64,000 bases of DNA from contig CAYFFV010000004.1 of assembly GCA_964342695.1 (NCBI GenBank), positions 33,402-97,401 on the forward strand, in the 5' to 3' direction. The DNA comes from an uncultured Vicinamibacteraceae bacterium (GTDB taxonomy: Bacteria > Acidobacteriota > Vicinamibacteria > Vicinamibacterales > UBA8438). Both the position numbers and the translations under genes were made by a program. Shown piece after piece: positions 9,271-18,748 of this stretch (the first letter of the stretch is position 1; every line of letters starts with the position of its first letter). A model generated the notes under the pieces. That model made no database searches. It had not been told where the DNA came from and was given only the letters and a program-made list of their open reading frames with translations.

Positions 9271-9711
9271 ATGTCTTTTCCGGTCACAGTGCATTCCAAA
9301 CCATGCTCCGACTTAGGGCAGTTATTGTCTGATGAAGTGGTAGTTGATTTTCCTTCAATGCTCGGTTTGGTTGAGCGTATCCGGAGTGATTTTTTTGGGA
9401 CTTCAAGTGCCCGTGAAAGTATCGAACCTGCTTATACTGCGCAAGTAGCGGTAACGTCTAAGCAAGCGAGTGAAGGGGTGCAGGTGCCTCTTGATTTATT
9501 TGTTCAGTCGACCTGTCCCATATGTGGCGGGCGAGGAGAAATCTGGGAAGAAATGTGTGGTATCTGTGTTGGAACCGGCAGTGGTGGAATGTTTCATACT
9601 CTGAACATAGAAGTTCCGCCTAGGGTAAAACATGGTACTTGCCTAACATTTAAGTTACAGTTACCGTTTGCGGCAGAGAGCCGGGTCGATGTTCAAGTAA
9701 GTATTTTCTAA
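9271..9711 (+). CDS. DnaJ-like zinc-finger/C-terminal fragment protein without a J-domain
   Basis: Two CxxCxGxG repeats (CPICGGRG, CGICVGTG) followed by an IEVPPRVKHG DnaJ_C-like strand; ATG 9271 preferred over TTG 9232. Confidence 0.75.
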   Translation: MSFPVTVHSKPCSDLGQLLSDEVVVDFPSMLGLVERIRSDFFGTSSARESIEPAYTAQVAVTSKQASEGVQVPLDLFVQSTCPICGGRGEIWEEMCGICVGTGSGGMFHTLNIEVPPRVKHGTCLTFKLQLPFAAESRVDVQVSIF

Positions 9712-9722
9712 CGGATATTTTT

Positions 9723-10784
9723 ATGATTTCTGAGTCAGCTATTCTCGATGTATTAAAAGTTGTTAATGATCCGGACCTTAAGAAAGATATTGTTAGTTTG
9801 GGTTTTGTGAAGGATCTAGTTATTGAGGATGACATAGTTTCATTTTCGATTGAATTAACGACTCCTGCTTGTCCCGTGAAAGAACAGATGCGCGAGGAAG
9901 CGGAATCTGCTGTTTTAGGTGTTAAAGGAGTGAAAACTGTTAACGTCAATATGACCGCAACGGTCCGACCTGCTATGACGCCTGAAACAGGCAGGGCGGC
10001 TATACCGGGTGTTAAAAATGTAATTGCTGTTGGGGCAGGTAAGGGAGGTGTCGGCAAGACCACTGTGTCCGTGAACTTAGCGGTGGCATTGGCGCAGTGT
10101 GGTAGCAAGGTCGGAATTATCGATGGTGATGTATATGGACCAAATGTGCCAATAATGTTGGGAGTCGATGCTCAACTTTCTACGGATGGAAAGAAAATTG
10201 TTCCGGCGGAAAAGTATGGTATCCGTTTGGTGTCAATGGGGTTTCTCGCAGATGGGAAAGCACCAATTATATGGAGAGGTCCCATGTTGCACGGTGTTGT
10301 TAGACAATTTTTTCAGGATGTTCAATGGGGTGAACTGGACTATCTTGTGATAGATATGCCGCCCGGAACGGGAGACGTGGCATTAAGTCTTAGTCAGACG
10401 GTTCTGGTTGCAGGTGCGATTGTTGTTACCACACCCCAGGCAGTCTCTCTTTCTGATAGCCAAAGAGCCGTAGGGATGTACCGCAAACTCGAAGTGCCTA
10501 CGCTAGGAATCATAGAAAATATGTCGCATCATGTTTGTCCTAACTGTAATCATGAGAGTGATATTTTTGGAAAGGGTGGAGGTAATTCTATTGCTGAAGA
10601 ATTGAAAGTGCCCTTTCTAGGCAAGATCCCATTGTATGAACCAATACGAGTTGGTAGTGATATCGGTGAACCGATTGTGTTGAGTGAACCTAACTCATCA
10701 GCGGGTCGAGCTTTCATGGAAGTAGCAGAGCGTGCCGCTGCTCAGGTGTCTATTGCGAGCTACGAGAGCCTTTCCGTGTCGTAA
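9723..10784 (+). CDS. apbC: Mrp/ApbC (NBP35) Fe-S cluster carrier ATPase
   Basis: N-terminal DUF59 (DPDL…TTPACP), GKGGVGKT, DMPPGTGD, ENMS…CPNC. Confidence 0.95.
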   Translation: MISESAILDVLKVVNDPDLKKDIVSLGFVKDLVIEDDIVSFSIELTTPACPVKEQMREEAESAVLGVKGVKTVNVNMTATVRPAMTPETGRAAIPGVKNVIAVGAGKGGVGKTTVSVNLAVALAQCGSKVGIIDGDVYGPNVPIMLGVDAQLSTDGKKIVPAEKYGIRLVSMGFLADGKAPIIWRGPMLHGVVRQFFQDVQWGELDYLVIDMPPGTGDVALSLSQTVLVAGAIVVTTPQAVSLSDSQRAVGMYRKLEVPTLGIIENMSHHVCPNCNHESDIFGKGGGNSIAEELKVPFLGKIPLYEPIRVGSDIGEPIVLSEPNSSAGRAFMEVAERAAAQVSIASYESLSVS

Positions 10785-10820
10785 CGGCACGGTTCAACGC
10801 TGCTCTAACACACAAACATC

Positions 10821-11525
10821 CTATCTGTCGGTAGAGGCTTGTCCTGTCATTGAAACGAAACGCACAGGAATCGTCGATTGGATAGTTGACCCATCTATAG
10901 TTTTTGTTACAACGGTCATTCGTTGACTCACTTTGCCTAAGGGAATCACTAATCGTGCTCCGGTCGCCAACTGTTTAACGAGTTCTTCTGGTAATTTTTC
11001 TGGGGCTGCGGCTACGATAATACCGTCAAATAGGCCAAGTTCTGGCCATCCTTGATAACCGTCACCTTCTCGAAAAGTTATATTTGTGTAGCCTAATTCA
11101 GTTAGTAACGCACGAGATCGTCTAGCTAATTCAGGGACGATCTCAATCGTATAGACATGTCGTACAATTTCTGCGAGGACCGCGGTCTGGTAGCCAGAGC
11201 CTGTGCCGATTTCAAGAACAGTCGCTTCGGGTTTTAAATTAAGAAGTTCGGTCATATAGGCAACAATGTACGGCTGTGAAATGGTTTGTTGAAATCCTAT
11301 TGGAAGAGGTCTATCCGCGTAAGCTTGTTCGCGAAGTTCTAAAGGAACGAATTCGTGTCGTTGTACGGCACCCATTGCCGCGAGAACATCGCTGTCTGTG
11401 ATACCTCTTGTACGAAGATGTTTTTCTACCATGTTGTTACGTTCGGAACTAAAAGGTAAAACCTGGCTAAACGTAGTCGTAAATAAAAAAATAAAGATTA
11501 GTTGAAACCGCGTTATTCTTTTCAT
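10821..11525 (-). CDS. pcm: Protein-L-isoaspartate O-methyltransferase
   Basis: QTISQPYIVA, VLEIGTGSGYQTAVL, GDGYQGWP, VRFV. Confidence 0.95.
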   Translation of the reverse strand: MKRITRFQLIFIFLFTTTFSQVLPFSSERNNMVEKHLRTRGITDSDVLAAMGAVQRHEFVPLELREQAYADRPLPIGFQQTISQPYIVAYMTELLNLKPEATVLEIGTGSGYQTAVLAEIVRHVYTIEIVPELARRSRALLTELGYTNITFREGDGYQGWPELGLFDGIIVAAAPEKLPEELVKQLATGARLVIPLGKVSQRMTVVTKTIDGSTIQSTIPVRFVSMTGQASTDR

Positions 11526-11614
11526 GAGAATAGCTCCATCAATGTAGACTTGACTTTATGTTCATTCTCATTCATCTTTCCAGAGTTTGCTAAGGCGATA
11601 GAGGTTTAACTGCG

Positions 11615-12796
11615 ATGGTTTCTCTGAAAGATCATAAATCTAACGGAGCTCAGTTCACAGGGCAATACGTTTTTTTTACCGGAAACTTATCTTCAATCAG
11701 TCGACAAGAAGCGTTTGAACTGGTTAAACGTTTTGGAGGAGTTGTTTGTAAGGAAATGTCGACAAAAACGACGGTGCTTGTGGTAGGAGCGGATGGTTTT
11801 TCCGATGTAACTGATTGCAGTAGCGATTTTATTCATGAAGATGATAGAAACGAACAAACAAACGTACTCAAACAGGCCGAAGCTTTAAATAATCATTCTC
11901 CTAACAAAGTAAACATTTTAAGCGAGGACGAATTTTGTGCATTATGCGGTTTAAGAACAATAAATTCGCTTGAACAGAGGTATCACAATGTAAAGTCAAT
12001 TCGAGAACTATATCCGGTTATTAACGAATCTCGTTTGAGATATCTTGATACTTGTGGCCTGATTAGGCCCGTCGCTCACGCTAATAATGAGACGTACTAT
12101 AAATTCTCAGATATTGTTGTTGTTAAACGGATTCATGATTTATTAAGTCAAGGAAAATCTTTCCGAAAAATAGTGCGACGTATGTTGGTCGCCCAAGATG
12201 GACAACTAGTCCTGGATTTTAGTGCTGCACGTAACGAATCTTATCGGGCTAAAGTTGTTGCTCTGAGATACGGTAAGGCGAACAAGATTTTTCTTGAAAA
12301 ATATCAAGATAGTCTGGCAGAGTTTGAAAATCCTCAAACGGCTGTGGCTGCGCGGTTTTTTCTTGAGGGTTCTGAGTTAGATGAAGGCAACCATGCTGAA
12401 AAGGAGAAAGCCCAGTCGGCCTATCGAAAAGCGTTGCTGTTGGATCCGAATTTAGTACCTGCAATTGTCAATCTTGCTAATATCCACTATGCCAGCGATG
12501 AGTTGGTGGAGGCGCAAGCTCTTTATGCAAGAGCGCTTCAAATTGATCCAGATTGTTTTGAAGCATATTTTAACTTGGGAAATATCCATCACGATCTAGG
12601 TCGGCACGAGGAGGCTCTTGAATGTTACTCAGAAGCTCTTCGGCTTAATCCTACCTACGCCGATGCCCACTTTTATATGGCCGTAACTCTTGAAAAGATG
12701 GGTCGTTCTGTTGATTCAAAATCGCATTGGCAACGATACCAACAGCTTGCTCCAGACGGGGAGTGGGTTGATCTTGCAAAAGAGTTTAGCGAGTAA
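11615..12796 (+). CDS. BRCT + MerR-like HTH + TPR fusion protein
   Basis: Ligase-type BRCT (FTGNL…R.EA..LV..FGG…KTTVLVVG), MerR-like wHTH (RLRYLDTCGLIRP…YYKFSD), about four C-terminal TPRs (EAYFNLGNIHHDLGRHEEA). Confidence 0.85.
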   Translation: MVSLKDHKSNGAQFTGQYVFFTGNLSSISRQEAFELVKRFGGVVCKEMSTKTTVLVVGADGFSDVTDCSSDFIHEDDRNEQTNVLKQAEALNNHSPNKVNILSEDEFCALCGLRTINSLEQRYHNVKSIRELYPVINESRLRYLDTCGLIRPVAHANNETYYKFSDIVVVKRIHDLLSQGKSFRKIVRRMLVAQDGQLVLDFSAARNESYRAKVVALRYGKANKIFLEKYQDSLAEFENPQTAVAARFFLEGSELDEGNHAEKEKAQSAYRKALLLDPNLVPAIVNLANIHYASDELVEAQALYARALQIDPDCFEAYFNLGNIHHDLGRHEEALECYSEALRLNPTYADAHFYMAVTLEKMGRSVDSKSHWQRYQQLAPDGEWVDLAKEFSE

Positions 12797-12900
12797 AATA
12801 TTTTTGTGTGAGTTTAGATAGTGAATCAACGATCAGGTGACAATCCAATTTTATTCGTTGCAGCTTCACCTTAGAGCTAGCTAGAAAATGAGAGCAACGG

Positions 12901-12916
12901 TTTCTATTAATAGAAA
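12901..12916. terminator. Perfect 16-bp palindrome between convergent genes (possible terminator or binding site)
   Basis: TTTCTATTAATAGAAA is its own reverse complement. Confidence 0.3.
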
Positions 12917-12939
12917 AGCCTGAGAAATAATCAGTCAAG

Positions 12940-13158
12940 TTATCTTGCACGAAACGTGATTATTCCACGTGTTGGGTCGTAAGGAGATACTCCGACAGTA
13001 ACGCGGTCGCCGGGAACGACTTTAATTCTGAATCTTCTCATTCGTCCACTGAGTTGGGCCAGCACTTCATGTCCTGGATCGCACTCAACGCGGTAAAGTC
13101 CGCCACTATGTACCGCCGTGATCGTTCCCTGAACATCTATTAAATCGTCTTTTGCCAA
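12940..13158 (-). CDS. infA: Translation initiation factor IF-1
   Basis: MAKDDLI…LSGRMRRFRIKVVPGDRVTV…YDPTRGIITFR; TTG start with GGAG RBS and upstream TATAAT. Confidence 0.97.
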   Translation of the reverse strand: MAKDDLIDVQGTITAVHSGGLYRVECDPGHEVLAQLSGRMRRFRIKVVPGDRVTVGVSPYDPTRGIITFRAR

Positions 13159-13200
13159 ATTGTCTCCAGTAGAAAAATTATATCAGGTGAATCGAGTTTT

Positions 13201-15741
13201 CTACATTGCTCGGACTGCTTCTTCCAACTTTTTTGCAATGTCTTCATAATCATTGGTTTCGAATGTCAATGGTTTTCCAAAGGTTATACGAACATGTCCA
13301 GGTTTAGGCATTTTCCATGATTTACGTAGGATTTTATCTAAGCCATCAATTCGTACTGGGATCACCGGAATTTGTAAACGAGATGCGATCATTCCAATTC
13401 CAGGTTGGAAATCATCTATTAAGCCGTTTTCAGTTCGACGACCTTCTGGAAATATGAGAACAGAAATTCGGTGATCTAGTAAGTCTCCTAAATATCGAAT
13501 TGCGTCACGAGTACCGGTTTCACGTTGTGGGAGTGGAAAGACATTAAACAAAAGCGTGGCTAGGTAGTAGGTACAACTATTTATAATTCTGGCTATTCTG
13601 GAATGTTGTTGCGGATGAAAATGTGGAGTAAAGAATTCTTTTGCTGCTGCAGTGGCCACATTGTATCGAATATCGGGTGGTAACGCAGCAAGAATTACAG
13701 GGCTGTCGAGGTGGCTCTGGTGGTTTGCAGCGAACACAACTGGGTGATTGGGTGTACTTAGGTTTTCAGTTCCTTCCACCTTAATCCAAGCAAAGAGGCG
13801 AGTAAGTGGCAGTAGCCATAGCCCTAGACTAAGTTTCCGTATCAACCTAGCAGGCCATTTTTGATTCCAGGAAGGAAACGTTGATGTTAGAGGTCGTGAT
13901 TTTTCTTGCGTGTTGGGCACATTAGGAGTCTTCGAAACCTGTTCAAGAAGATCCTGAAGTTCGCCAATTGTTGATGGTTCTGAAAGTAATGATTCGTCGA
14001 GTGTTAGGCCTGAAGTTTGTTCGAGCGCCATTAACAGTTCGATCTTTTCTATTGAACTGAGACCTAATTCTAGAAGGTTAGTATTGTTCGATACCTGACG
14101 GTCTGTGGTCAATTTTTGAACGATTGCTGCAACACCATTTCCGTCTGCGGGAGCCACAGTGTGTTCGGCTTTTGCCCCACTATTTACCCAACGTTTTAAT
14201 TCATGGCGTTTTAATTTTTTGGTGCCTTCTGTACGTGGCAATGATTTGCCGGGCCAGATTGATCTACCTCTAATTTTTTGATGATCTTCAAGGTTGCTAT
14301 TTGCATCTCGTAGCACCTTTGATAAATCGGCGTTTGGTTCTAACACCAGAACTGCATGTACATGTTCGCGGTTTTGATGGAGTGTGCCGATTATTCCAGC
14401 TTCTCGAACTCCAGCAATAGATTCGACGACTCTTTCAACGTCTTCTGGAAAAACATTTAAGCCTTCTGCAGTCACGATCACGTCTTTTTTTCGACCTTTT
14501 ACGGTTAGTCGGCCATCTTGATCAACGGAACCTAAGTCGCCAGTATGAAACCATCCGTCGTTTGAAAAGGAGTTATCGGTTTCAGTTTCTTGATAGTAGC
14601 CGGTGGTGACGTTGTCCCCGCGAACTAAAATCTCACCGTCCGCAGCGATTTTTATGTTTACTCCTTTAATAGGAGTACCCACGCTACCCTTCTTGGTTCG
14701 AAATGGATGATTAAGCGTCACGATTGGGGCTGTTTCTGTAAGTCCATATCCTTGAATTACGAGAAAACCTAATTGTGACCAAAATGCTTCGAGTTTTGGA
14801 TCCAGTGGTGCTGCACCTACTACGAAAGCCCAAAACTTTAATCCGAATAATTTGTGAATGCGGCGATATTTCCACCAACGGGCTGCAATATTTTTCGTTT
14901 GTCGTTTGTCTTGAACGAGTTCAGGAGACAACAGGGTTACATAGTCTTTGAGTAATTCAAGTATTTTTGGGACACAAACAACTACAGAGATTCTGTTTTT
15001 GTGAATCTGACGGACAATATCTTCAGGGTTATAACCCCGCATAAAAACAGTAGTGCCTGTCAACATGGGAGGGATAAAGGTGGACATCGCCTGTCCAAAC
15101 ATATGGCTCAGTGGTAGCAGGTTGAGAAAGCGGATGGGACTTACTAGGTGGCTGTAGCTCTTGTATTTCAAAATTTCTCGCTCGACAGGAACTATATTTG
15201 CAAGAATATTTTTGTGGGTAAGTTGCACACCTTTTGGTTCAGCAGTAGCTCCCGAGGTAAATATAATTTCTGCTAGCAGTGGCTCTGTGTTTTTAGACCC
15301 CGACACCTTATGTTCTTTAAGAATGCGTTTGGTTGAGGAAGTGTTTCTTAAAAGAGTGTTAAGAGAGACTATTTTTGAGGGGGGAAATTTTACAGGAAGG
15401 CAAAGGTTGCTTCCGACAATCAAGGCTGTTGCGTTAACAATATTAATGACACGATCGACAAATTTAGTCGACGCCCGAAAATCAATTGGAACAATAATAA
15501 TTTCGGATAACAAACAACCCCACAGAGCTACCAGCCATTCTGGGCAATTTTCTCCCCACAGTACGACTTTATTGCCAGAATCACATCCGATAGTTTCTAA
15601 GTGTTCTGCAAAATGGTAGGCAGAGGTTCTTATTTCGTCGTACGAGTACGAGTATGTACGGTACCCATCGTCATAGGTTAGAAATGTTGCTTTAGAACAA
15701 ATGCTGTCATCAAAAAAGTCGAGTAAATTGTCTCGGGTCAT
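13201..15741 (-). CDS. Long-chain acyl-CoA/ACP ligase + acyl carrier domain + PlsC-type acyltransferase fusion
   Basis: FTSGATAEPKG AMP-binding loop, GYGLTE, FHTGDLG; carrier motif LGLSSIE; NHQSHLD and FPEGRR acyltransferase motifs. Confidence 0.9.
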   Translation of the reverse strand: MTRDNLLDFFDDSICSKATFLTYDDGYRTYSYSYDEIRTSAYHFAEHLETIGCDSGNKVVLWGENCPEWLVALWGCLLSEIIIVPIDFRASTKFVDRVINIVNATALIVGSNLCLPVKFPPSKIVSLNTLLRNTSSTKRILKEHKVSGSKNTEPLLAEIIFTSGATAEPKGVQLTHKNILANIVPVEREILKYKSYSHLVSPIRFLNLLPLSHMFGQAMSTFIPPMLTGTTVFMRGYNPEDIVRQIHKNRISVVVCVPKILELLKDYVTLLSPELVQDKRQTKNIAARWWKYRRIHKLFGLKFWAFVVGAAPLDPKLEAFWSQLGFLVIQGYGLTETAPIVTLNHPFRTKKGSVGTPIKGVNIKIAADGEILVRGDNVTTGYYQETETDNSFSNDGWFHTGDLGSVDQDGRLTVKGRKKDVIVTAEGLNVFPEDVERVVESIAGVREAGIIGTLHQNREHVHAVLVLEPNADLSKVLRDANSNLEDHQKIRGRSIWPGKSLPRTEGTKKLKRHELKRWVNSGAKAEHTVAPADGNGVAAIVQKLTTDRQVSNNTNLLELGLSSIEKIELLMALEQTSGLTLDESLLSEPSTIGELQDLLEQVSKTPNVPNTQEKSRPLTSTFPSWNQKWPARLIRKLSLGLWLLPLTRLFAWIKVEGTENLSTPNHPVVFAANHQSHLDSPVILAALPPDIRYNVATAAAKEFFTPHFHPQQHSRIARIINSCTYYLATLLFNVFPLPQRETGTRDAIRYLGDLLDHRISVLIFPEGRRTENGLIDDFQPGIGMIASRLQIPVIPVRIDGLDKILRKSWKMPKPGHVRITFGKPLTFETNDYEDIAKKLEEAVRAM

Positions 15742-15832
15742 TTCATAACTATGGTCAAGTTTGTTTCGAATTCAATACAGACTAAGAATACTTTGGCCGC
15801 CGGTTATTTTTAAACTATAGTGAGAGTGCCTT

Positions 15833-16492
15833 TTACTTAAAGGACACACCAGCACTTGCGATTGTGGTCGTTACACGGGGGGAGGCCGGCTCGGTGGAGG
15901 TCGCCGTAAGTGGACTACCCGCGTAGAAACGTAAATCTAGTGAAAATGCTACATGTTCATTTAGAAACCAACGCACCCCACCTCCATAATTAATTGTACT
16001 CGTAGCGCGCTGACTAGGTGCATCTTCATTTAGTGGAAAAAGCGCCAACTTTGAAGTGCCCATGCCACCACTAATGTAACTCCAGCCATTCCGATTACCG
16101 AAATTGAACGAAATTTGTGGTGAAACGGCACTAAAGGTTTTACGGAGGGTTGGAGCACTAAGTTTTGAGTCGGATTCGGATGGGCTCTGGTCACTAAAAG
16201 ACTTGTGTATATTCGCTCCTATACCAAAGGTAATAACACGCCAACGGAAAAAATAGTAATGTGCGCCGATGTCAAACCCAAGTCCGATAGAGGGTGTATC
16301 TGCCGGTACTAGGTTTCTAGCAACCGCCAACTCTGCATTCTTTCCAAATGGCACGAAAGAACCGCGTGCGTCGATGACAAATCTTCCGATCGGTTCTTCA
16401 AACTGTGCTTGAGCAGTAGCAGTGACGCCTGTCAGTATCAGTAATGTACCGATTAATATCCTTGAGATGCGAGGGACGAGGCAAATCAACAT
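15833..16492 (-). CDS. Outer-membrane beta-barrel protein (8-stranded OMP-like)
   Basis: Signal peptide (AQA), amphipathic strands NYGGGVRWF…FSLDLRFY, C-terminal GVSF. Confidence 0.7.
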   Translation of the reverse strand: MLICLVPRISRILIGTLLILTGVTATAQAQFEEPIGRFVIDARGSFVPFGKNAELAVARNLVPADTPSIGLGFDIGAHYYFFRWRVITFGIGANIHKSFSDQSPSESDSKLSAPTLRKTFSAVSPQISFNFGNRNGWSYISGGMGTSKLALFPLNEDAPSQRATSTINYGGGVRWFLNEHVAFSLDLRFYAGSPLTATSTEPASPRVTTTIASAGVSFK

Positions 16493-16510
16493 GTTAAAAA
16501 GTATATGGTT

Positions 16511-17926
16511 TCAGTGAGCGATTTCTTCGCTTAAATTGTGGATAATTCGTTTTGCTGCTTCAACAGCGTCGCTGAGGTTTTTTACGGTTCCGTCCAGTTG
16601 TTGTTCGTAAACTAAAGATAATATTTTTCCTATTTGAGGTCCCGGATGAAGTCCGAGTGTTAGTAAATGCCTTCCTTTTAAAATGGGTGATGGCGCTTGA
16701 TGTTGAACTTCGAGTTTTCTGGCGCGTTCCAAAAACCAGTCAATAGCTGAGCAGTCAAAATGTCCTTTTCGACCAAGACAATCAGATTTGGCGACTCGTG
16801 CTAATAGATCGAGATCGACTTTTCTCGCTAATCTCCGAAACGCGCCGTCACTTACCCCATTATGAGCCTTGGCCCACATGCCTGGCTTAAGATGATTCGC
16901 GACCAAGCCTATTACTTGTTTACGTACGTCGTAACCATGAAGATTCTTTATCTTGAATCGATCGAGGAAATCGTTTGTCGGTGTGACACCAGCTTCTTCG
17001 TGGTTATGGGAACGGATTCGGCCATCGATATATTTAGTGGTCGATGGTTTTCCGAAGTCGTGACAAATTGCCCCCAGCATGACAGAAAGTTTCTGTTCTT
17101 TTTGTAAATCATCTATCCGGGTTCTGGCTTGGTCAATTACTAGTTGATTGTGTGTCCAAACGTCACCCTCTGGGTGCCATTCAGGTTCCTGTGGACAGTT
17201 AACTAAGGCGTTCATTTCTGGAAATAGTTTTTTGATAATGCCAATTTCGAGTCCCAATTGAAATCCTATAGAGGGTCTTTCAGCCAGTAAAAGAAGTTTT
17301 TCTATTTCTCCCCAGATGCGTTCGGAAGGCAAGTCGTCAACGGCAATAGTCTTGAGAAGATTTTTTGTGTTTGATTCAACTTGGAGTTCGAGCCTTGCCG
17401 TAAATTGCATGGCCCGCAATACACGTAGACTATCATCCGTAAAGGTCTGGGGATCAACGATGCGTAATACTTTCTGGTTTAAATCCTCCAAACCTCCAAA
17501 TGGATCGTGGTATTCGTTAGTAAGAGGATTCCACGCGATGGCGTTGATGGTGAAGTCTCTCCGGCGAGTAGCTTCTTGAACGCTTAATGTAGAATCGCCA
17601 GTTATGGAAAAGCCTCGGTGTCCGGTTCCCGTTTTAGACTCTCGCCGTGGTAGTGAAATGTCGAGGTTCGCGATTTTGTAAACAGCAAAGCTTTCTCCGA
17701 CAGCATCAATTGTCCCAAGGTTTTGTAGCAGATTTCTGAGTTCTCGTGCAGGTAAACCGTACACTTCAATGTCAATATCTTTTGAAGGTGATCCGCGTAC
17801 ATGGTCACGCACCCAGCCACCTACGAAAAGAGCCTGTCCGCCGGCTATCTTGACTAGTTCAGCGATCTGTAGCGCGAGTATGAGGTTTTTTTCAGTTTTA
17901 GGGAATGGTGCGATTAGTTTATCCAT
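16511..17926 (-). CDS. cca: CCA-adding tRNA nucleotidyltransferase with HD domain
   Basis: VGGWVRD, DIDIE, RRDFTINA, DDSLRVLR, HPEGDVWTH, CHDFGK. Confidence 0.92.
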   Translation of the reverse strand: MDKLIAPFPKTEKNLILALQIAELVKIAGGQALFVGGWVRDHVRGSPSKDIDIEVYGLPARELRNLLQNLGTIDAVGESFAVYKIANLDISLPRRESKTGTGHRGFSITGDSTLSVQEATRRRDFTINAIAWNPLTNEYHDPFGGLEDLNQKVLRIVDPQTFTDDSLRVLRAMQFTARLELQVESNTKNLLKTIAVDDLPSERIWGEIEKLLLLAERPSIGFQLGLEIGIIKKLFPEMNALVNCPQEPEWHPEGDVWTHNQLVIDQARTRIDDLQKEQKLSVMLGAICHDFGKPSTTKYIDGRIRSHNHEEAGVTPTNDFLDRFKIKNLHGYDVRKQVIGLVANHLKPGMWAKAHNGVSDGAFRRLARKVDLDLLARVAKSDCLGRKGHFDCSAIDWFLERARKLEVQHQAPSPILKGRHLLTLGLHPGPQIGKILSLVYEQQLDGTVKNLSDAVEAAKRIIHNLSEEIAH

Positions 17927-18608
17927 TTTGGTGTGGGCGAACTACACGAAACCCGTAATCGGTATAACCGAAAGAAGGGTCTAGTTTACTGCGGCCAGAG
18001 TTGGTACTAATAGTAATAGCATGTCTCCAAGAGCCGCCACGTGACGCACGTCTTATACCAGAACTTGGACCTTGAGGGTTTGTCTGTGGTGAGTTGGCGT
18101 AGTAGGTCTTACAATGCCAGTCTTTACACCATTCATGGATGTTTGCTCCGATTCCGTAAAGTCCAAAGTCGTTCGGTGCACCTAAGGTAACTTTCCAAGG
18201 TCCGACCAGTGGGCCTTTTCCCTGTTTGGGTACCCACTCAGGGATCGTGTTGCCACAAGGATACCGTTTGTGCGAAGAGAATCCGCGAGCTGCGCGCTCC
18301 CATTCAGCCTCTGTAGGAAGTCTGACAAACTCTTTCGTCGAAGAGTGCCAAAGACAATAAACCATGGCGTCATTCCAACTTACACCTACAACCGGAAGGT
18401 TGGCACCTTCGAAAACAGGATTATTCCATTCACGGGGAGTATTTCGTCCTGTTGCCCTAATAAACTTGTAATACTCCTGACGAGTTACAGGGTAATTAGA
18501 CATTTCAAATGCGTCGACCCAGACACGGTGAACGGGTTGTTCATCAGATTGTCCTTCGTTGCTGCCCATAAAGAACCATCCGCTCGGAATAACAGAAAAT
18601 TTTGTCAT
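17919..18608 (-). CDS. Formylglycine-generating enzyme (SUMF1) family domain protein lacking the catalytic Cys pair
   Basis: FFMGS, RLPTEAEWERAARG, PNDFGLY, RGGSW, GFRVVR. Confidence 0.88.
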   Translation of the reverse strand: MTKFSVIPSGWFFMGSNEGQSDEQPVHRVWVDAFEMSNYPVTRQEYYKFIRATGRNTPREWNNPVFEGANLPVVGVSWNDAMVYCLWHSSTKEFVRLPTEAEWERAARGFSSHKRYPCGNTIPEWVPKQGKGPLVGPWKVTLGAPNDFGLYGIGANIHEWCKDWHCKTYYANSPQTNPQGPSSGIRRASRGGSWRHAITISTNSGRSKLDPSFGYTDYGFRVVRPHQNG

Positions 18609-18748
18609 CAGATTTATGTTCGCCGATTAAAAATATTAACTTCCATCGCTTAAGCGGTCGGGACAGGGTACACTGCTCTTCGGTAGCAGGAGAGACTGCT
18701 TGTTTTTTGATGGATACGTTTTGTCTTTATCATATAGATATTTAATGA

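Noticed and set aside
17919-18608. Active formylglycine-generating enzyme
   Set aside because: The catalytic Cys pair after RGGS is absent and there is no sulfatase nearby
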